NCBI GenBank assembly: GCA_965601925.1 | Contig: OZ271854.1 | Location: forward strand, 3,840,001 to 3,904,000 | Reading direction: 5' to 3' | Source of the DNA: Alkalispirochaeta sp. | Lineage (GTDB): Bacteria > Spirochaetota > Spirochaetia > DSM-27196 > Alkalispirochaetaceae | Length of the DNA stretch: 64,000 bases | In this document: positions 59,015 through 64,000 of the stretch, in pieces | How the letters are laid out: each line of letters starts with the position of its first letter | Position numbering within the stretch: position 1 is the stretch's first letter | Notes under the pieces: model-generated | What the model was told of the DNA's origin: nothing | Databases searched by the model: none | Seen by the model: the letters and a program-made list of their open reading frames with translations, nothing else | Program-made: the position numbers and the translations under genes

Positions 59015-61051
59015 TCAGCGCAGACGGAACAGCTGTTGCACTATTTCCCGGGCTTGTGACGTTTGTTCAAGAGTCGTGACGACCGTCTCCGCCTCTTCGC
59101 TGTCGTCGACTTCGTCTCCTTCGACATCGCTGTACTCCACGACATCTCCCACGGTCAGATTGTCGGCTCCGTCGGGGAGAAACATCACCTCGGCTACCAA
59201 ATCGTCGATTGCAACCACTTCGCCTTCGCCGAGGTCGTCTCCTCCCCGGCGAGAAAAGAACGTGACGCGCCCCTCCGGCGTCAGTCCGTCGGCGCCGCCG
59301 AGAGACACGAGAACGCGCTCGAATCGCCTATCGAGTACGTATCCGCGAGGAACGATCAAAGCCGATATTGCCGTGGACGCGCTACGCGCCACGCGGTCGA
59401 TTCTGCCGTTGCCGACCCCAACGAACGTGTCGTCCAGGAGGATTGCCGCGTCGTCGCTCCGCAAAATCTGTATGTCGACGACGACACGCCGCGCTCCCAG
59501 CTCAACGTCGATGAACCCTACGAGGTCGACGTCGTCTCGCCGCGCCGCCGCAACCGCCGCCGACCGTGATGACTCCGCGGTACGAGTATCGACAATAGTG
59601 AGATTTTGGGAGCCCCGCAGGAGGCTGACCGCATACTCGACTACATGATGTGCGGCATCGGGCTCGATCGTCGTTGCGCTTTGGCCCGCGTACAGCGCGA
59701 GAGTCGTGCGGGGACGTCGGGCGGTGAATTGGTCGACACCCCATTGCGATGCGGGCTCGTCGGCGGTACGTGCGGAGAAAATGCCGATCCTATCGTCAAG
59801 CTCCTGCCGAGGATAGGCCGCGACGTCCGCCGCCTCCCCTTCGCCGCTCAAGTCGCGGATCAGGAGCAACTCTTGGAGGTAGCGCGATTCCATATCTCGC
59901 TGTAAATACAGTTCTCCGAGATTCCGACGCAGTACGGCGTCGTAGGGGTTGATTTGCAACCCACGACGAAAATGTCGCTCCGCCTGTCGATTAAGAAAGC
60001 GTTCCTGAAGCGCCGTCCCCGATGAGCGGTACTGTAGCGCAGCCTCCCGCCGCCTCGGATCTTCAAGCGGAAACGCTTCCACCAGGGTGTTCTCCAGGGC
60101 GATGCGCGCCAATTCGTAGTCGGGACGGATGCGCAGTGACCGCTCCCAACTCCGCTGCGCCTCCTCGAAACGTCCGACCCTTGCCAGAAAGATCGCCCTC
60201 GCATACCAAGCGACATGGTTGTCGGGGTCGATTCGAATGAGCTCCTGATAATAGGCCAACGCCCGATCCGGCTCTCCGCGGCGATCCGCCGCGTGAGCGA
60301 GAATAAGCCACGCCTCGGCGAGGTTGGGAGCGAGGATCGTCGCGTTGCGCGCGTGGCGCTGTGCAGTGAGCATGTCGCCCGAATCGAAGGCGCTACGTGC
60401 GGCTACGAGTTGGATCGAGGCGTTGTCTCCGTGGTACTGCAGTGCGAGCGCTACGTAGCGTTGCAACGCCGCAGTGTCGCCACGACGGCGACTCGCCTCG
60501 ACGAGCGCCGCCAGGAGCTGCCGGTTCTCCGGATAGCGTTGCTCCAAGCTCTGAAGCGTTCGTACGGTGACGTCGGTGGGGCCGTCGGCAAAATCGAGTA
60601 TCGCGACGCCTACCAACGCCTGCTCGTTATACGGTTGGCGAACCAAGATGCGCTCATATGCGTCGCGGGCGCCCGCGACATCGCCGGAGAGCGCCGCCAC
60701 GCGCGCCTCCAACAAGTCGATATCGGCACCGGTGTGGCGTAGGGCACGGGCGCGGGCGAGCTGCGCGGAGGCTTGATCGAACTGCGACAGCCAGAGAAGC
60801 GCTTCGCCGAGGCGGACGTATGCCTCGGCGTACCGCGGATTCAACTCCACGATCCGACGCAAAGAGTCCGCGGCCGCGGCAATGCCGTCCTGATCGTAGC
60901 GCGCGATCGCGACTGATAGCTCGTTCTGCGTCTCGTCGAGGAGTGCCGGAACGTCGATCGGCTGCCGTTGCGCTCCGACGATTGCAACGGAGGCGGCGAC
61001 GAGCACGGCAACAAAGGGCGCACGCTCGGCGAGTCCCGTGTACCGCCTCAT
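59015..61051 (-). CDS. Exported tetratricopeptide repeat protein
   Basis: Signal peptide; many TPRs (LNPRYAEAY, LAPNLAEAW, IDPDNHVAW); start ATG 61051 or 61075. Confidence 0.85.
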   Translation of the reverse strand: MRRYTGLAERAPFVAVLVAASVAIVGAQRQPIDVPALLDETQNELSVAIARYDQDGIAAAADSLRRIVELNPRYAEAYVRLGEALLWLSQFDQASAQLARARALRHTGADIDLLEARVAALSGDVAGARDAYERILVRQPYNEQALVGVAILDFADGPTDVTVRTLQSLEQRYPENRQLLAALVEASRRRGDTAALQRYVALALQYHGDNASIQLVAARSAFDSGDMLTAQRHARNATILAPNLAEAWLILAHAADRRGEPDRALAYYQELIRIDPDNHVAWYARAIFLARVGRFEEAQRSWERSLRIRPDYELARIALENTLVEAFPLEDPRRREAALQYRSSGTALQERFLNRQAERHFRRGLQINPYDAVLRRNLGELYLQRDMESRYLQELLLIRDLSGEGEAADVAAYPRQELDDRIGIFSARTADEPASQWGVDQFTARRPRTTLALYAGQSATTIEPDAAHHVVEYAVSLLRGSQNLTIVDTRTAESSRSAAVAAARRDDVDLVGFIDVELGARRVVVDIQILRSDDAAILLDDTFVGVGNGRIDRVARSASTAISALIVPRGYVLDRRFERVLVSLGGADGLTPEGRVTFFSRRGGDDLGEGEVVAIDDLVAEVMFLPDGADNLTVGDVVEYSDVEGDEVDDSEEAETVVTTLEQTSQAREIVQQLFRLR

Positions 61052-61055
61052 CCGA

Positions 61056-61850
61056 CTACTCTTCGTCGTCGCCATCTTCCTCGGGCCGTACGACCACCTT
61101 CACGGTTCGGATCTTGTGGCCTTCCATCTCTTGAATAATGAAATCGAGGTTGCGATACGAAACCTTTTCAAACTTCACCGGAATCTTTCCGAAGAGCTCG
61201 AATACAAAACCCCCGAGGGTATCGTGGTCCTGCTCCGGTAGCTCGGTCTGAATACGCTCCTGAAGGTCCTCGATATTGACGCGGGCGTCGCACAGGTATA
61301 CGCGCTCGCCGATTTCCAGAATGTCCTCGCGCTCGTTGTCGAACTCGTCCTGAATATCACCGACGATCTCCTCGATAATATCCTCCATACATACCAACCC
61401 AGATACGCCGCCGTACTCGTCCACCGCCACCGCGATGTGAATGTGACGGCGCTTCATCTCGCGGAGAAGCCCGTCGAGGCGCTTGCTTTCGGGAACGAAA
61501 AACGGTTTGCGTACGATGCGCTCTATACTGATCTCTTCTCCGTTGGTGAGATACTGGAGAAGGTCCTTGGCGTAGAGCATCCCCACGACGTTGTCGATCG
61601 TATCCTTGTACACCGGAAAGCGCGAATGGCCGGTCTCCGAAATACGCGAGACGAACTCCTCTTTTTGCATATCGAGGCCGATGAATACGGAGTCGATGCG
61701 CGGTACCATGACCTCCTTCACCGTCGTCTCGGCGAGGGCGTGTATCCCTTCGATCATTTCCAGCGTCTCAGCGTTGTGAGCCGAGCCCGCGGATCGTTCG
61801 GTACCCCATAGGCGGCGAAAAAACGTCCGCAGTATCCCCTGCGATTTCAA
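61056..61850 (-). CDS. CBS/CorC domain hemolysin-family protein (TlyC/CorC-like)
   Basis: VKEVMVPR, GHSRFPVY, VDEYGG, EDIIEEIVGDIQDEFD, TLGG. Confidence 0.92.
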   Translation of the reverse strand: MKSQGILRTFFRRLWGTERSAGSAHNAETLEMIEGIHALAETTVKEVMVPRIDSVFIGLDMQKEEFVSRISETGHSRFPVYKDTIDNVVGMLYAKDLLQYLTNGEEISIERIVRKPFFVPESKRLDGLLREMKRRHIHIAVAVDEYGGVSGLVCMEDIIEEIVGDIQDEFDNEREDILEIGERVYLCDARVNIEDLQERIQTELPEQDHDTLGGFVFELFGKIPVKFEKVSYRNLDFIIQEMEGHKIRTVKVVVRPEEDGDDEE

Positions 61851-62320
61851 AACACTCTCTCCTTGACGGTCGTTAATATGGTCTCCTGTAAACGAAGCAT
61901 TGGATCCGTTGCAAAGTCGGTGCCGTCGTGGTCGTGTCCGGCGAGATGCAGAATCCCATGTACAACGGTGCGACGCAGCTCTTCCTCTCCGGTGATACCG
62001 AGCTCTTCCGCCTGACGGTATACCTGCGCAACGTCGAGAACGATATCGCCGGCGACGGTACGGCCCCCTACGATCGGCGACGTATCGTCATCCAGAGCGG
62101 AAAAAGAGAGCACGTCGGTGACCTCGTCGCGCCCCCGATAGTCGCGATTAAGCGCCCGAATACGGTCGTCGTCGGTCAATAGAACGGAAAGCTCCCATCC
62201 CGACAGGTCGAGATGGTCGAGAACGGCGTGAGAAAATGCGACGAGGCCCGGTATCCACGATGGAGGCTCGATACTCTCACTCGCGACGTCGATCTGGTTG
62301 TCGTTATTCTCGGTAGTCAT
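61847..62320 (-). CDS. ybeY: rRNA maturation RNase YbeY
   Basis: LNRDYRG..TDVLSF, HGILHLAGHDH; ATG 62320. Confidence 0.95.
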   Translation of the reverse strand: MTTENNDNQIDVASESIEPPSWIPGLVAFSHAVLDHLDLSGWELSVLLTDDDRIRALNRDYRGRDEVTDVLSFSALDDDTSPIVGGRTVAGDIVLDVAQVYRQAEELGITGEEELRRTVVHGILHLAGHDHDGTDFATDPMLRLQETILTTVKERVF

Positions 62321-63260
62321 CGTATGCCTGGATGATTCGTTGCACGAGGGGGCTGCGCACGACATCCTCGTGGGTAAGATAGGTAATACCGATCTCATGG
62401 GCGTGTTCGAGAACCCGCACGGCGTGAATCAATCCCGATTTTGCGCGATTGGGGAGATCGATTTGTGTAATGTCACCGGTGACCACGGCGCGACTATTCT
62501 CGCCCAAGCGAGTGAGAAACATCTTCATCTGCTCGCGCGTCGTGTTCTGCGCCTCGTCGAGAATGACGTAACTATCGCGCAGACTTCGTCCCCGCATGTA
62601 GGCCAACGGTGCGACCTCGATGACGTTTTGCTCCTCGAGGCGATGGATTACTTCGTAGGGCAAAAGCGACTGAATCGCGTCGTACAGCGGCCGTAGGTAC
62701 GGCGCTATCTTTTGCGTCAAATCGCCGGGAAGATAACCGAGGCTTTCGCCCGCCTCGACGACGGGACGAGTCAGCACGAGCTTGTGTTTCCGTTTGGAGA
62801 GAACCTCCTGGAGAGCGTGGGCGACCGCCAAGAAGGTTTTGCCCGTCCCGGCGGGACCTACGAAAAAGCTCAAATCGCGATGCGTGAGGTCTTCCAGGAG
62901 CTTCGCTTGGCGGACACTACGGGGAAAGATCTTCGTACCGGCGACCGGTATGGTTATCGACCACTTCCGCAACGCGTCGAGAGATTTTCCGTCTTCAGAC
63001 GTAAGGTCGCTATGGAGTGCCCGTATGAGGTCGCGACTCGGCGCCTGCCCGCGACGACTGTGAACTTCGAGTTCGCTCATGAGGGAGAAAAAGAGTTGCT
63101 TCTGGCGGAGGTTCTCGCTGTCGAGGAGTAGCTCGTTGCCCCGCACGAGAATCGGTGCCTGAAACAACTGTTCCAAAATACGTAAATTCTCATCATTAAC
63201 GCCGCAGATTTGTTGCAGCACGTCACCGTCTGATAGAACCAAAGCTGTGCTATCTGACAA
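62304..63260 (-). CDS. phoH: PhoH family ATPase
   Basis: GPAGTGKT, RPVVEAGE, LAYMRGR, DEAQN, GDITQID. Confidence 0.96.
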   Translation of the reverse strand: MSDSTALVLSDGDVLQQICGVNDENLRILEQLFQAPILVRGNELLLDSENLRQKQLFFSLMSELEVHSRRGQAPSRDLIRALHSDLTSEDGKSLDALRKWSITIPVAGTKIFPRSVRQAKLLEDLTHRDLSFFVGPAGTGKTFLAVAHALQEVLSKRKHKLVLTRPVVEAGESLGYLPGDLTQKIAPYLRPLYDAIQSLLPYEVIHRLEEQNVIEVAPLAYMRGRSLRDSYVILDEAQNTTREQMKMFLTRLGENSRAVVTGDITQIDLPNRAKSGLIHAVRVLEHAHEIGITYLTHEDVVRSPLVQRIIQAYDDYRE

Positions 63261-63278
63261 TCTTACCCCTTACGGGCA

Positions 63279-63308
63279 AGTATAGAGAGTGCCTTCCGCA
63301 GTGGTCAA
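63279..63308 (-). promoter_or_regulatory. Putative sigma70 promoter of phoH-ybeY
   Basis: TTGACC-18 nt-TATACT on the minus strand. Confidence 0.5.
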
Positions 63309-63316
63309 GTACAGAG

Positions 63317-64000
63317 TTACTGAACGAACTCCACGGTGCCGTCCTCGACCTCGATATTGCGCCGTAACTCCGAGATCGATCTCCACCGTATAAGAATGGA
63401 AAAAATACCGCGCCATCGATAATTAGAGATACCGTTTTCCGTCTCGAGCTCCGGCCGACCCGTATAAGTCGCGCTCAGTTCCCAATCCTCAAGGTCGTGT
63501 ACCGCCGAAAGACTGATCGAATCCAGATTAAAGAACGACTCCTCCCGCGCTTCCCGATTGAATAGGCGCAAGCTGTTGACGAAGTCCTCAACCAGGTTTC
63601 TCTCGGGCAGGCCGACCTCTTCGGCCAGGGGTTCGACATACCGGTAAATCAGATCGTTGGTCGTCCGCGCCGTCAATTGGAATTGGAGAAAGCGGTAGAT
63701 GTCGAAGTTGATACCGTAATCCAATATCAGTCGACTACTCGTATACTGCTGGAGGTCGAAGTTGAGGGCAACGTCGCCGGTCAGTTCGATGTTGATGCGC
63801 CGCTTCCAAAACCGGTACTGCGCGTCGAGATCGAATCCCACCGATAGATCGGTCCACCGAAATCGCTCGTCGTCGATGGTCTCCCAGCCGCTGCCGTCGA
63901 CGAAGCGAAATCCGGTACTACGGCGCCCGATGAGCCCCATCGTCAAAAACCACGCATTGAGAGTGGTCGCGGCCTCGGTAAGCTCTACCGCCTCGACGTC
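63317..64000 (-). CDS. C-terminal part of an outer-membrane beta-barrel, probably spirochaetal LptD (runs off the right edge)
   Basis: Frame is open to the window edge; amphipathic strands; FWKRRI, HDLEDW segments as I recall them in TP0515-like proteins. Confidence 0.6.
   Translation of the reverse strand, partial: DVEAVELTEAATTLNAWFLTMGLIGRRSTGFRFVDGSGWETIDDERFRWTDLSVGFDLDAQYRFWKRRINIELTGDVALNFDLQQYTSSRLILDYGINFDIYRFLQFQLTARTTNDLIYRYVEPLAEEVGLPERNLVEDFVNSLRLFNREAREESFFNLDSISLSAVHDLEDWELSATYTGRPELETENGISNYRWRGIFSILIRWRSISELRRNIEVEDGTVEFVQ

Overview
GC-rich chromosomal segment of a spirochaete, most likely a free-living Spirochaetaceae member. The host call is an inference from gene order that matches blocks I recall from Borrelia/Treponema, plus purine and carotenoid genes. 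About 95% of the window is core genes, mostly on the minus strand: infB(partial)-nusA-rimP-comF; mutS-skp-bamA-tamB; tmk; queA-ruvBAC-yebC-hemW-two S26 signal peptidases; smpB-hisN-tmRNA; guaA-purA-guaB; folD with a split purH; a very large Ig-repeat/beta-helix surface protein; htrA-map-nusB-PPIase; secG-tpiA-pgk-gap; tlyC-ybeY-phoH-lptD(partial). Accessory or unexplained DNA is concentrated in three places. (1) A crtY-cruF carotenoid gene pair lies between comF and mutS. (2) Three consecutive AT-rich palindromes lie between bamA and skp. (3) A ~1.35 kb islet lies between the converging 3' ends of tmRNA and guaA. It carries a DUF4238-like gene broken by one in-frame TGA, and two diverged ~130-nt tandem units that each fold into a long strand-specific hairpin capped by a covarying cGNAg triloop. 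The islet is the best candidate for something undescribed. I saw no CRISPR array, rRNA, tRNA, integrase or transposase. All family calls come from motif recognition, not database searches.
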